Below are positions 1 through 15,900 of a stretch of 64,000 nt of DNA, one piece after another. The DNA lies in NCBI GenBank assembly GCA_028534125.1, contig CM052816.1:19408001-19472000 (forward strand), read 5' to 3'. The notes below the pieces were generated by a model. It did no database searches, was not told where the DNA came from, and saw nothing but the letters and a program-made list of their open reading frames with translations. Both the position numbers and the translations under genes were made by a program. The DNA comes from Lama glama (taxonomy: Eukaryota). Every line of letters starts with the position of its first letter. Within the stretch, counting starts at the first letter, position 1.

Positions 1-989
1 CTTAGAGGCTGAAGAAGCCTTCTCCATTGCCTCGCCATCGCCACAGGTGGACCCCTGGCCAGGTGGGAGCCCCACAAGGTTGCTAAATGAAGGTGTGTGT
101 GTGACCTAGGTAAGTCCCTTACCCTGATAGGCCCTGAGACCCCCAGCCTCAGCCCCAAAGTGAGACAGGTGCACAGCCAGGGAATTTTGTACAGTAACTG
201 TGGGTGGGCCTGGGACAGGGCCCAGGAAACAGGTCAGCACCTACACTTTGTCCACAAGGCCTCCTGACCACCTTGAGGGCCTCTGGAGTGGACTCCTTGG
301 AGAACGTTGGGTACAGGGGCTACAGAATCAATGGCAAGCATGGAGAGACAGAGGGAGGCACTGAGAGCTCAGGCCAACTCCCTGGTTTGGGGCCTGGAGA
401 TCATGAGCTGCCTTCACTCAGAAAGAAAGGAGCTCACCCTGCTAAGTCAGCCAGATCATCCGAGTGAAGGCAGGGATCTGGCCACCCTCACCCCTCAGTC
501 CAGGACCTCCTCCCCAAGCCCAGAGAACAAAGCCAGGGCCCTCTGCAGGCCACCTCTCACCTCTCATCCAGACCTGCCTTAACTGTCTCCTGCTCCCTCC
601 CACCATCCGAGAGCAGAGCCCTGCTCAGGCCACTTCCCAGCTCAGATACCCTCAGTGGCTTCCCCTTCCCCTGGAGGAGTCCCTTATCCTGGCATTCAGA
701 GCCTGGCTGGCCTCTCCAACCCAGCTTCCATCACATCCCCGATAAGCATTCAGGCTCAGCCACATTCAACTAAAGGGAACTTACAGATTCCCCAACACCC
801 CCTCCACTTATTCACCTACACCGTCCACTCCCCACTTGGCCTCCTCGTCTGCTCAGAAGGAAATCTTGCCCATGTCTCCAGACCCAGTACAAAAGTTAGC
901 CCCTCTGGAGAGGCTTCTCTGACCCCTGCTCCTCTCTACTTCACCTGATGGCCTCAGGAACCCCAGGGTGGGGGGCTGGCCAAAGATAA

Positions 990-1046
990 GGATCCCATAT
1001 TAGGATGAGGAAACTGAGGCCCAAGTAGGGAAAGTGTCTTGCCCAG
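990..1046 (-). mobile_element. MIR SINE fragment
   Basis: MIR core in reverse orientation (cccatattaggatgaggaaactgaggccca...ttgccca); boundaries approximate. Confidence 0.55.
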
Positions 1047-4000
1047 CCACCCTCCACCACTTCTGTTCTGCTCTCCTCCCTTGAAGACAGTGAGCAGAGA
1101 GAGGGAGGTCACCTTGCACCCTCCTAGAGGGGGAAGGGAGTTGAAGCCCCTTCCGCCCGGGTATATCTAGGTGTCACAAGCTCCCAGGGTCTAGTGCCAG
1201 ACCAGCTCTGCCTCCTCAGAAGCCTTGCCACTGTTGACTGCAGCCCAACTCCTGGTTCTTAGAGGAAGAGGGACCTTGGGCTTTGCAGATCACACAGACC
1301 TCCCTGCCTGCCCAGGTGCCCTCAGATGACCCAGCATCCAGGGGTTCCCAGGGAGATGCAGCTCAGGGGGCAGGATGGCTGCCACAGCAAGGTTCAGGCC
1401 CTGGCCAACCAGGCTGAAGCTCGTGGGAGAGGGTGGCGGTATCCTTCGGCCGAGGACACAGCCTGGGATGAGGTCCCACGAAGCCTTCAGGCCAGACTGC
1501 TCCTCCTTCACTATTTATGGCCCTCTGGAGGCAGCTCTCCCCTTTGTTCTGCCAAACAAGCTTGCTCCTGACTTCCAAGTCAGCCAGGGACTTGGCAAAC
1601 ATTTGTCAAGGCTCGTTCCTCACTTTGTGTGTCTCCACGCAGCGATCTGGGCTCTATGCACAGATATGCATTGCCCCAGGGCTTGGTGGGGAGACCCCAT
1701 GTTCTGCAGCCCTCAGGCCCCAGCTGCAAGCACATCAGGGTGGGGTCTCTCCATCCACCAAAAGTCCAGCCTCGCTCCACCCTGCCTGAAATGCCACTCT
1801 GTCCTATCATGTACTCTCCCCTAGGGTCAGAATCCCATGCAGGCCATCAGTCAGAGGGTCCAACTGACATGGCAGTGAGCTTGGGGTGTCTGGGAGAGGG
1901 GGAGTGGGGAGGATGTGCAGACTCAAGGCTTGTGATGGGGGCAGGGGCTGAGTGTGAAGTGGAACCCAACACAAGGACAGAGAAGCAGCCGCCACTAGCT
2001 CACCCCCATCTCTGGCTGCCATGTGTCCTGAACTCAGGATGGTGCCACCCAGCCAGCCGAGGTCAGCATGCCCTGATCAAAGCCACCAAGTGGGCGGGCA
2101 GCCCCCAGAAAGCCCCTAGAAATCTAACAATGAAGGGAAGTTAGATTCAGATTTCACAGTCAATGTCAGCGAGCAGACAGATGGAGACCTGTGCCAGATG
2201 AAGACTCCAGAGGGCAGAGATATCTGAGGGGAGTGCATCTCTGGACCTCAGTTTCCCTTTATGCACAGTGGGAACCCAGAGGGGAGGGAGCTCATCCACC
2301 TAGAGCCACACAGGTAGCTGCCTCAGACCCCACAGCACAGAGCAAGACAGAGGGGGAGAACTGGCAGGCGGGCTGCCCGGAGCCCAGGGCCCAGGCCCAC
2401 CTCCTTCACCTCTCTAGGCCTGCCCTTCTTTGATCCCTGGAGATGGAACAAGCACCTGCTTTACAATTTGCTCTGAGAACAAAAGGAGCTAACGCACAGG
2501 AAGATGTTGGCAAAGCCCAGCACACACCTGGGCTTCATCCACGGGAGCCAATGTTGCTGTTACTGTCACTCGCCATCTTGGACAAGTCGCTGAGCCCCTC
2601 CCCGTCCCCTTCTCCTTCATCTGGCAGCTGGTTGTGATGCAGAAGTACCCTGATACAAAGAAGCCCACACACACCTAGCATCCGGCTGGTATTCAAAAAA
2701 CATTAGCCCCTCTGCATGTATCCAGTAGGGATTTAATAGATGCCTGCTGACTTGAGTCACAAAGGGCTAACAGGAAATTTGAAAGGAGCAAGGAACAGCA
2801 GGCCCATGGGGGTTCAGATTCCACCTGGAAGGGGGACACCTTGGCCACCAGGACCCACGGAGACAGACTGGACAGCCTTGTGGAGACACTCCTTACCGTA
2901 AAGCTTGCAGACTGTGGCCCAGGGAGCCCTGGGGCTCCTCGTGGTGCCTGTAGGGCCAGAAGGGGATGTGGTAGGAGGGCAGATGAGCCCATATCTACAC
3001 CCACCCTCAATTAGAGCAGCACTGCACTCCTCTATTGAGAGGTCCTGGTAAAGTTTCATTTGAAAAATGTGCCCTTCTGCTAGAAGTAATTCAACTTATT
3101 TTCCACATGAAAGAAATAAAGCCCAGAAAAGTCCAAGGGCCAGGAACCCAGGACCTTGGAATCATGAAGGCACTTCTTGGTAGCTTTTTAGCCTGCTCCT
3201 CGTGGTAGCAGGGCAAGGGGGATACCAGAGGCTGTGCCCCATCCTCAGGTAGATAAGAACATCCAGGCTGAAACTGCCCTTCACCAGCTTTGTCATGGCC
3301 CTTCCTCCACCTCGGCTCCTGCTACCTCCACAGCTCAGTCAGAGGTCAGTTTCTCCAGGAAGCCTGCCCCAACCCCCAGGTTAGATCTGCTGCCCCTGTT
3401 CTGTCTCCCACAGCTCCTAACCTGCCCCACTGCTAAAGATGCATTCGTCTTTAGATCCAGTCCCTCATGAAGGACTGCACCAAGATTGTCTATCACCCCT
3501 GAGTCTCCAGCACACAGTGTGGGTGCTGCTGAAACTGTCTGTTGAATTGCCTGTTGACAGAAGGAATGAAGTACAGCCTCCACTGTTCTCTCTGTAAAAT
3601 GGGTAAATACCACCTCCAACAGAGAGAATAATGACTGGCAAGTCAAGGGCTCAAACAGTGGAAGTCCTTCTCCTGCTGCCCTGGGCAGGCTCAGGCAGCC
3701 AAGCATTACTACCAGGTTCCTCTGCCCTGGCAGAGACTCACCTCAATGAGGAGAGGCCTGGGCTGGCCATGCAGGGTCCCTTACCAAGACCCCCAGAGTA
3801 CCTCAGGGGCACCCATCAGGGGCACCTGCCAGGTTAGCATGCACTTTCTTGGTACTAGCATTTACGTAGGATTTGCAGAGAAGGGGAAATAGCAAGGTGT
3901 TTCAAAGCATTCCAAAGAAGAGGAGGGACCACAAAGCCCTGGGGCTCCCAGCGGGGCTCCTATAGCCAGCCCAAAACTGGCCCCAGGACCTACAAAGGGC

Positions 4001-7000
4001 TGCTCCTGACAGGCCTGTGGGTGAGGCCAGGCCCTGCACATATGGCTATCCTTGTACATCACAGCCCTGCTAGAGAGGAACACTTAGCATCTCCCACCAA
4101 ATAGCTGAGAAAGTGAGGCCCACAATGATAAGCAGGCAGAGCTGGGATTCCCACCCAGTCTGACTCCAGATGAGCCTCGAGTGCCGAGGAGAATCTGGAC
4201 AAAACATGGTAGCAGGGCTGGAGTGCTGGGGGCGTGACTTAGAGAACAGCATTAGAGGGGCAGGTCCCCCAAAAACCAACACAGCTCTGCACAAAAACAC
4301 ATTCCACAGGGCAGTCAACCAGAGGAGCCCTAAGGAAAACGGCAGTCACTTCGCAGCCACCAGTCCCATGCATCCAGGGTTCCCCATCTGAGAGGGGCAG
4401 CCCCACAATACTGAGAAAACATCAATATTTCATGGGCAGCTCCCTCCTGCCCTCCGATCATGTTTTCAATTGTCATGAAACAATTCAGAATTTCCAACTC
4501 AGGGCTAATAGGCTGCTGTCAGCCAGTCAGCCAGAGCAGGCACAGGTAATTATTTTAAAAGCTTCCGGCAGGGTAGTTCACTGTACTGGTTCCCCAAACT
4601 GTCTGTTTGCTGTAGTTGCTGTGCCCCTTCAGGCCCTGAACACCCTGTCTCCCCACACAGCAGTAGACATCTGGAAAGCTGCTGAGGCACAAGCCACAGA
4701 GCCTGTGAGCATGAGAGAGACAGACCAGGCCTCCAGAAGGGCAAACTGAGGCCCTCTAAGGGGAAGCTGCAGAAAGCAACGGCCTCCACTTCTTACCTTT
4801 GTATTTCCCATGTCAAGCTGTAGCCTCCTGTGTTTCAGGCAGATGAATAAACTGACGGACAAAGAGAAAGATAGATGGTATGGCTGAGTGAATGATGTTG
4901 CAATAATCTGCTCTTATCTCACCTCCTCAGATTCATCCTCCACTACCCAGATTGAGTGATCTTTCTAAAATATCAATCTGACTAGATCTCTCACCGTTTA
5001 AACCCTTCACCTGCTCCTCTTTGCCTTCAGGAGACTATCCCACCCTCCTAACAAGGATTGTGAAGCTCTGTGGTATCTGGTTCCCAGCTAATTCTCCAAC
5101 TTCCTCTTCCCCCATTCTCTGCCTTACTACCTGTCTCAGTACTGTTCCCAGGGTGGGCAGGGGGTGGGGATGGAGGGTAAGGATGTTCCAGACAAACTCA
5201 AGGCCTGTATATCACTCATGGCCCTTCAACACCAGGCAGATTTCTTCTCTAGCATTGTGCTCCAGGTTTGGTTATGGGTTGCTGTGTCTGCCTCCTTGTC
5301 TCAACCTAAATGAGCAGGAGCCACCTGTCTTTGTATCACTGCAATCATAGGCACAGAATATGTACTCTCTAAACTTCTACTGACTTGACAGAGACCAGTT
5401 CAGAAAGTTCCAGACCAGGGTTTTTTCCATTATTCCATGTAAATGCTGATAGGCCTGTATTTGAGCATGCCCAAATGGTTTCTATTTTTGCTTTTGCTGC
5501 CAGGAAGCTCAAAGTACAATATAATAATACTCAAATAAATTAATAACTTACCTGATCTGAGGGATTCCTCTCTACTTTTAGAGCCTTTAATTCCCTCCTC
5601 ACAGATGAAAAAGGAAGTACAAATAGATGCCCTCCCTTAATCTATGGATCCATCTCTCTGGATCCATGGTAAGTCAGTAGACTCTGAGCCTCCCCTCAGA
5701 CATTCTGGTAGTTCTCCACCTCTTCCTATAGATGAATGCAACAACAATCCTGATGGACTTCAGACTCTTCCAACAGAGCCAGCGCCTCCCCATCACATTG
5801 GAGTGAACTTCTTACCAACACCAACAGCAGCCCTCTGAGAACTTCACAGGGCAGAGACTGCACTGGGAACAACCCATTTTGTGCCACCAGCAGCTCAGAG
5901 AACTTGTTCCAGGACAGCAGCCAGTATTCTTGGGGGAGTATGGTGACTATTCCCTAACAAGGTGGTGCTCCCCATCCCATCTTTCTGAGGTGAGGCCTGT
6001 GACCTTAGCCTGGCCAAACACAGACTTGAGCCACTTCCCCACAAAGTGACTGGTTCAGCAGTGGGCATGTGAGCTGCACCCAGCCAATCAGCAAAGCTAA
6101 ATCCCTTTGCCCACCCTAGGAAGGGTCCTGTGGTTGTCAAAAGAGGCTCAGCCCTGCTCTCAAGGAGCTTACAAGTGGTAGGGGCAATAGGTTTTAATCA
6201 ATCATTACACAAATACTGATTTCAATACTATTGCAATAAGAGTTATGAAGGGAAAGGATGTTCTCTCTGCTTTTACTGGATATTGACAGAAGAAATGCTG
6301 CTTGAAGAACTGTTATGCCTTTCTACATAACTGTGGCTGAAGACACTTGCCCATTATTTTTAATTTTAACCTATGTAACAAATTCATCTCAGAGTTTTGT
6401 ACCAGGGAGAAAAACTTCTGATTAGAAGGAGTGTGTCATTTTGAAAGGAAAGAAAAAGTAAATGTATCAGACAATTCTGATGACTTTTTTTGACTAAGTA
6501 CCTGTAAGCTCAAAGCTAAAGTGATATTCAGGCACAAGGATGGTGTCACTTCTATTCCTGGTGGATCCAGCTCCAACCTTCCTCGCTCTGATGCCTGATC
6601 CCTCTGCCTTCAAAGTAGAAATGTATGTGCCCAAGATGTCAAAACCTAAAGGGAAATTGTGAAAAATTCTTCTTGGAAGAAGCAAAAATAAGATTATAAA
6701 AAGTATATTTTGACCTACCCCGGTTCACCAAGAACTTCTAGGCTCTCAAGCCCTAGTCCCACTCCGTCTCACCCTACCTGCCTGCACAGCTTCCCTAATC
6801 TGAAACTTCCAAGCAGCTAAGCAGGTGATGAGGGGCAGGTCTACTAAATCAGAGAATGGGCCTGCTCTTGCCTGATTCAACCACTGTGACCACCCTGGGG
6901 AAAGAATGAAACAAAAAAGAAAGCAAACTATTTTAAAGAGCAAAGCAACCCAGCAGGTATCACCACTTTGAGGTGGGGAGGGGGTGCTGCCCACCCCTAT

Positions 7001-7039
7001 ACCAGGCCACACCCCTTACCTCCACCATCTCCTAGATTT

Positions 7040-7170
7040 CTCAGTGAGGTGAAAACTCTTCTCCCATTTTACAGTAGGAAAAAGCCAGGAGAGGTTAGGG
7101 GTTTGCCCAAGACCACATAGCTAGTAAAAGACACATATAAGATTCCGACTCTGACCATCGGGTCTCAGAG
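7040..7170 (-). mobile_element. MIR SINE fragment
   Basis: cccattttacag...gagaggtta...ttgcccaagaccacatagctagtaa resembles the reverse MIR core. Confidence 0.6.
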
Positions 7171-8689
7171 GCAGCTTTTTGGCACCGCAGGCTCTGCCTG
7201 GGAACAAGGACATACAGAGAATCACATACATATGCCCAGCCATCGCTGGGAACAAACCCCAGAAAATCGCTGGTGTGCAGAGGTAGAAAAGTTCAGTTTC
7301 CTGATGCAGGCATCAGAGTGAATGCCACCCCAATTAGACACGTGTCTCACTCACCACATATAGTAAGGGCTCAGCGGTTACATTTATGCCCAAAGATGCT
7401 GGGGCACCTGGAGTGTGGGGGAAGGCTGTCTGAGACAAGGTCGGAAGCATCTCACCTTAGCAGCCTGCAGGCCCAGACCCACCAGCATAAGTTTCACACT
7501 TAAAATAGCCCACATCGTGGCAGTGGGAGAAGCAGAGGCTGGAATCCTGAAGGGCAGAGTCCAAGCTGAGTTTGCACTTCTGCCAGGTTGCCTCAGGTGT
7601 AGGTCTAAAATCTCAGGCATCAGGAGCTCAACTCTTAACCCTTATGGCTCTGATTGCACCAAGCCCCACACACCCACCACAAAGGTGTTCCTACTGTTGA
7701 GGGTGGGGAAGAGGCTGTGAAGTCCCCAAACAGCAGGACAGGGTGCAGGGGCCACCTTACTGGCCTAGCGCCACGGCCTCTGTGAGCCTGGGTCAGCCTG
7801 CTTCCAGCTTTGAGTGTTGGGATGAGGTCTTGGAGGTGCAGGCGACAGGGCACCAAAAGCATGGAGCCCTGGCCTCTCCTGCAGCAGCTGTCAGGAAAGC
7901 CAGGCAGGGAGGCGCCGCCAGTGACGGCACCTCATGAAACATTGATGCCCGGCTGCCACACTGCCATCTCCCGGCACCTTGAGCCAAAGCGGCAACCCTG
8001 AGCCCCTTGGTCATGGGGGCAGCTGCCCCTGTCGCCGAGGGTGGTCCCTGACAGACTGCCCGCTCTACTCTCGGTCCCATTCCACGGCCCCAGCAGCAGG
8101 CTCAGACTGGGCACTTGGTGGAAGCAGGAGACTGTTTGCCCAACTGGTTTCCCCCACAAGGCTTCTCATGGAATATCAGGCCGAGAGTGGAGAACCTGGT
8201 TGCCTGCAGATGGAACCCAGTTCCCCTAAGTCTGTCCCATCTCCCAGTAGCCACTTGCCAGGGACAGGCCAACCAGGCCACATGTGGAAGGGCCAAGCAG
8301 GACGACCACAGGAGGGTGTGCAGGCAAGAGGCTGGACAAGGGGCCAGAGGCCTGTCCTCATGGGGTCGGTCTCCACTTTCCTCATCAGCCCTGCCCCTGA
8401 GGAAGATGCGGGGTGGGGGGGTCCTCCAAGCGGGGCAGGTCGGGTGGTTGCCCCTCCCCAGTAACCACCGTCCCCCCAATATGAAGAGAAGCCCTGGGGT
8501 CTGTCCTCAAACCTCCTTGGCTGCCAAGCTCTGGCAGCGCATTCCCTCTACCAACATGCAAGACCAGCTCCCTTCTGCAGGCTGAGCAGAAAGGGGAAAG
8601 GGCCGACTCTCAAAACCCAGGGTAGACCGTCACCTGGCAGGACCCTGGGAAACTCCGACCAGACCCTGACTAAACTGAAATCGGCCTCG

Positions 8690-10150
8690 GCCCCTCACGT
8701 GCCAAGTGGGAAACTGAGTCCAGGGAGAGAAAGTGCGCCGGAACACGGCGGGGACCCGCAGTGGCTTCGACCGCATGCGGCCGAGTCCCTCCTCCACGCG
8801 TGCAATCCCGGGGCGCGCTCATCGGCCTCCAGCCCGGGCCACGAGCCGCGCCGACCCCTGCCTGCGCCCCGAGGGAGGCCGGGACCCTCAGCCTGCGGGA
8901 TTGCGCGCCGCCCCCTCCCCGCTGGTCCCAGCGAACGCCTCGCTTCCCCTCCCCCCTTCCCGCCTCCCCGGCCCGTGTCCCCGCCTTCCCCGCGGGCGAC
9001 GGGCGGCGGCGGCGGCGGCGGCAACTGCGGGAGGAGCGGGGCCGAGCCGCGGCAGCCGGGACCTTGCACGCTGGGATGTAGCGAACCAGAAGGGGCCGAA
9101 GCTACGCGTAAAGCCGGAGACGCAGCTGGATCCCGGGCTCCAGTCGGAGTCGAAACCTAAGTCAGAGTCTGTGGCGAGCGAGCCCGGAGCCGAGGAGCCG
9201 CACACGCCGCGCAGCCCGAGACGGGTAAGAGTCGAAGGGCTAGGGGCACTGGGTCTCCGCGGTGTTGGAGCGCAAGGAAGTGGTGGCCGACTTGCGCGCT
9301 CTTTGCCCCGGGAGTGTGTCGGGGTCCAGCCGGTGGCGTGGGACTGAGCGCATCGCGAAGGCCAGGCGCCATCGAGGCAGAGCCAAGAGCTCGTTTCTGC
9401 GCTGAGCGCACGGTCACAGCTGCCATCGTCGAGCGCTACCTCACCTAACCCGTGGACCACGCCACACTTTGACCCTGGGCACCCCAAGAAGGCAACAGTT
9501 TCAGGGGCGCGGGCCCCAGCCCTGCAAAGGGCACATCCCTGGATGCCCTTCACAGCCCCTCGCTGTAGCGCGGGCAGCTGGGGACCTCTGGGAGAAAGGG
9601 CAGGCGAGAGAGCCGCCCGCCGCTGCCTGCTGCTCCCAGGAATGGGGGCCCCAGCACGAGCCGAAGCGCTGGCCCCTCTGAACGCCTGGGGACTTCGGGC
9701 TTAGCTTCGCGTCAAGAGGGTATTTTTCCTAAACGAAACCGCTTCATTCGTTCGCTTGTTCGTTCGTTCGGGCAACCTTGCCGCAGAAAAGCAATAGACG
9801 TCGGCCGGAGCTACAGCTCTCTTCGCTGCGCACCCCGACGTTCCGCCACAGTGCTTGGAGGTGCCCCTAGCTCAAGGCGGCCTGCCCTAGCCGGCGCAGG
9901 TCGGGCTTTTCCTTACCCTGAGAGAAACCCCAAATGCCCTTCGCATAATCCAATGAAGACATCCCCGCGACTTCTCCAGGGTTTGGTTGTTGACACACGG
10001 TTCCTGAGAACTCGGCCGCTTCTCTAGAACCGGGTCTCGGAATTCTGAAATTGACCAGCCTTCTAAATCTGAGCCGATTCCGTCGTGATAAAGCAAGGGC
10101 CCCAAGACCAGGATCGCAGAAATAGGAACCCCAGGCCGTGATCCTGGTTT
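8690..10150. promoter_or_regulatory. Upstream CpG island about 5-6 kb 5' of the PITX1 start codon (candidate alternative or lncRNA promoter)
   Basis: Very high GC and CpG density against CpG-depleted flanks; GC boxes; (GGC)7; strong splice donor CGG|GTAAGA at 9224/9225. Confidence 0.85.
9002..9022 (+). repeat. (GGC)7 trinucleotide repeat
   Basis: ggcggcggcggcggcggcggc read directly. Confidence 0.95.
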
Positions 10151-13100
10151 CAAGCTTTTCCGATTTTGGAATTCCCTTAATCAAAATATTTTAATCCACT
10201 TTTCTGAGAAACTAAGGGTCAGGTATTCTCTTGGCAGCCCAGTGGTCTCTGACAGCCACTAGGGCCAGAGGGACGCAACCCCAGGTTGCTGTCCACTTGG
10301 CACAGAATGCAGGTCTAGGGTGATAGCAAAAGCTACAGGCAGCAGGGCAGCCCGGAGGGGGGAACTGCTGGCCCTCTGCCCTTTCCTAAGACTGCTTTGG
10401 GACCCCTCATCTCTGCTCAGAAAAGGAAAAGAAGTGGACTCTAGGATGTAGAGGCAGCTTTTGTTGACCTTCAGGCCAGGCTCAGAGTGCCCTTCTGTCA
10501 GGAAAGCAGCTGCTGGGAAGAGGAGGCTGTGTAGAGCAAAAGCTGACCCTCTCCTTCCCAGTTGTGTGACCGGCTGTTGCCTCTTTCCTAGCCTTCTCTA
10601 CCCCTGGCTCAGTCATTCTCAGGAACCAGAGAGCCATCAGTGGGCTCCCTTGAGCCATAAGCGTGGAGAGTGATGGGCCCTACTGGCTGCTGATGGAGGG
10701 TTCTGAGTTTCATGCTCCCATCCGCTCCTCACTCAGCCATCCTGCCTGAATACATCCCAGCTCTCCCCACCAGGACAGGCTGGGGAACCCCAACTGAAAG
10801 GCTGAGGACCTAAAAGCCTAAGCGATCCAGCGAGATAATTCCCAGACTGTACCTGAACACCCCTTATCCCCATCACGCAGAAATTGCTTTCCCTCAAAGA
10901 AACAAGTTTTTTTGGGGGGGAAGGACTGTTAGATCTGGCTGAAGGAGGTAGGTGGTCCCGGCTGCACTCCCAAAACTGGGTTTTCTAGTTTGAACTTCTC
11001 CACGGCCTAAGAGGCTTAGGGCTGGAATGTCCCCGAGAGTCATGGATGGCCCCCGGGGCAAGCCATGGCACATTCCTTTCCTTTTCCTAAAATCCCTTGA
11101 TTCTGGTGCAAAGATTAGGGCAGAGCACCCTGTGAGTGGGTGGAAGGATGCACTTCATGAAGACCCTCCAACCGCCCTTCCCAAATAAAATTACCAAACC
11201 ATTCTTGGGCACAGAGTTGTTTTCTGAAAGCCCAGCCTCAGGAAGGGTCCCTATGGTGACTACTTCAACCTCCACAACAGCCCAGGCTCCTCTGCTGAGC
11301 CCAGCCGGAACTCTAAGCCCCAAATTTCCTGAAAGTCATAGAATCATTGCTAGCTCTGTGTGGCCTGGAGCAATGGGGAATAGGGCACATGGTTCCAGCT
11401 CCAGTAAACCCCCTTCCCTCCTCTCCTCATCAAGTGAGGTGGAGACTGAAGGGATCACTGTGTCCCATGTGCAGGACAAGCCTTGTCCAAGGTCACTCAG
11501 CAAAGCTGAGGTAACACTGAATACTTGCTCTTTCTCCTGAAAGAGAGCTGCCTCCTGTGGCGGGTGCGCGTGCATGTGTCTGTCTGTGTGTGTGTCTGTG
11601 ATGTATCTCTGGGTGTGCAAGAAGCCCCCACCCTGCTTGGGATAGCAGCCAGTGGAGGGAGTGTCTGGGGAAGAAGAGAGAACACCCAGGTACCTTTTCC
11701 ATCCAACACCCAGGATCAGACCAGGGCTTCTTCTAGATCAATTGCTTCCTCACCTTTGCTCATTCAGTGCTGCCCAGGTCCAGCAGAACAGAGTCCCCTG
11801 GGCAGTCCCCACTAGTCTCAGCCCTGCTCTAGGGCTAGGGCCCCTGGGATATGGAGCTTCACCTGCAATAGTCTGAGAGCACTTCCATCCACACAGCAGG
11901 CATCAAGAATTCCAAATACAGGGATTATTGCGACTTCCTGGAGCACTGCCAGAGGCTTGGGTCCAGAGGGGCACACAGCAGGTGCTCAATAACTGCATTA
12001 AATGCATCAACAGTGAGGGAAGCAAGCCCCTCTGATTGAATAGCTAGAGCTGCAGAGTCACAAAACAGTCCTTACCCATGGAAGGCCTGACTCTTTAGAT
12101 CCTCTGGGGAGTGGGGGGCTCAGAGGCAGACCATTCATTCCATGCCCCACCCACAGGGGACTGTGCTTCCCACCTTGACATGACACTTGATGGCCTTAGA
12201 GCATACCTCCTACTCCCTATCAGCCAGATTTTGTGCCAAAGAGCATCAGTCTTTTGGGATTCAGAGGCCTGGCTGTGTATACACATATGTGACTCTGGAC
12301 TCCCATGTGTGGGCACAGTGAGTATGTGTGTGTCTGTGTATGCATGGCACACCTGTGTGGGTATACAGTACATATGTGTGCGTGCATGCTCCTGTGACTT
12401 GTCTGTATCCAGGCAGGCTGGGTGGCACACTGTCCTGTCAGGTTAAGGCAGCTCCCGGAAGGTGGTGTGTGAAGGGGCACTCCCTGGCATGCTGCAGCAC
12501 CTGAATACCTCCTTGAAAGGAGGTATCTGCTGCTTCAGGAGATTCAGCCAAGAAATGTGGTAAAAGAAAGGGCTACTGTGGGCAAATGCTGGGTAACTAT
12601 ACTTCCCTGTGCCCTCCTCCCCCACCCCTCACACACCAAAATTGTTTCACCTTGGGGGTCTCAACTTAAAGAAACGTCCCTTTGGGAGGAAAAGGCAGGA
12701 GTCACTGAGCCCCTGCCCCCACCCCAAACTCCTGGGATGCATCCTCCTTCTGGCCTTAACCTCACACCCTGCCCCTTGTGGTCACAGGCACCCAGTCAGA
12801 GTGGGCTGGCCCTAAGAAACTGGGCCTTCTCCCCAGGGCCCAGAGCCGAGATCCTTGGGCTGAAGCCGAGGGAGGGATCAAGAGGCAGGTCTGGTTCCAC
12901 CATGCCCCTGCCTCCCCTGCCCCACAATCCTGGCCTAGGAGCTCAGCCTGGGGCAGGGATGCCTCCCCCTGCCAGGGAGCCGGGATGAGGGCAGTGTCTG
13001 CAGAGCATCCCAGGCACTGACAGTCTGTACGTCAGTCCCAAGTAGACACCCCCAAGAGGACATGACGGTGAACTGGGCCTAGAGAGTATCGCAGTGCTTC

Positions 13101-13858
13101 TTCCCCAGGCTGCTGTCCTGCCCAGGGCTCCTTCTGTCTGGTCAGCAGGTGAGGGGCAGAGGGCAGTCTGGGGTCCAGCTGTGGCTAGAGGAACAGGTCA
13201 GGGTCGCACCCTACCACCCCAGCTGTCACCTATTTGCTCAAGACTTTGATGTCTCGGAACCAGTTAACAATTGTTAAGCAAAATCCTTCAACAAACTTCA
13301 CTGAAGTTGGAGGACTCAAGGAGAGACTCATTCTAAGAGCTGGGAAGAAGAATGTCTTTGCCTGTGCTCACAACAGACCCACTGGTGCTGCAGCTTAACT
13401 ACCACTGCATGGAAGAGAAGCTCAAAGACTATCCTTGGCTTCCTGGGCTGCTGGCCTAGGTTTGGAAACTGCAGTCACCTGGCCTGCCAGGCCTGTGCGT
13501 GCAGCTCTGGGAAGCCAAAGCAAGGCCCCAGGCCGCTGCAAGCCTGCCTTGTCGGGGGCAAAGGCCCACCCCATGGCAGCCAAGGCCGGTGCCTGGCAGA
13601 TTTGGCCAGATCGTTGAAGGTGACAAACAAGGGAAGAGAGACCTACAGAAGAGGCTGTGGGGCCTGGCAGGGCTCTTGGGGTCTCCTGCTGCACTCGCCA
13701 GCGGCCTGGAGCCAACAGAAACGTTTCGTCTGATTAGAAGCCATCAGTTCTATCCCAATCCCGGAAAATTGACTGCGGTGCAGAGGGGGAGGCCTGAGAA
13801 GCAGCCTTGGGGGAAAGGGTCCAAGCTAATTAGGAGGCAGCATCCGGGGGCCCATTAG

Positions 13859-15900
<2,042 letters not shown>

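Noticed and set aside
8695..9553. Several 100-220 aa ORFs on both strands in the upstream CpG island
   Set aside because: Low-complexity Pro/Arg/Gly/Ala translations from stop-poor GC sequence, with no recognisable domain.
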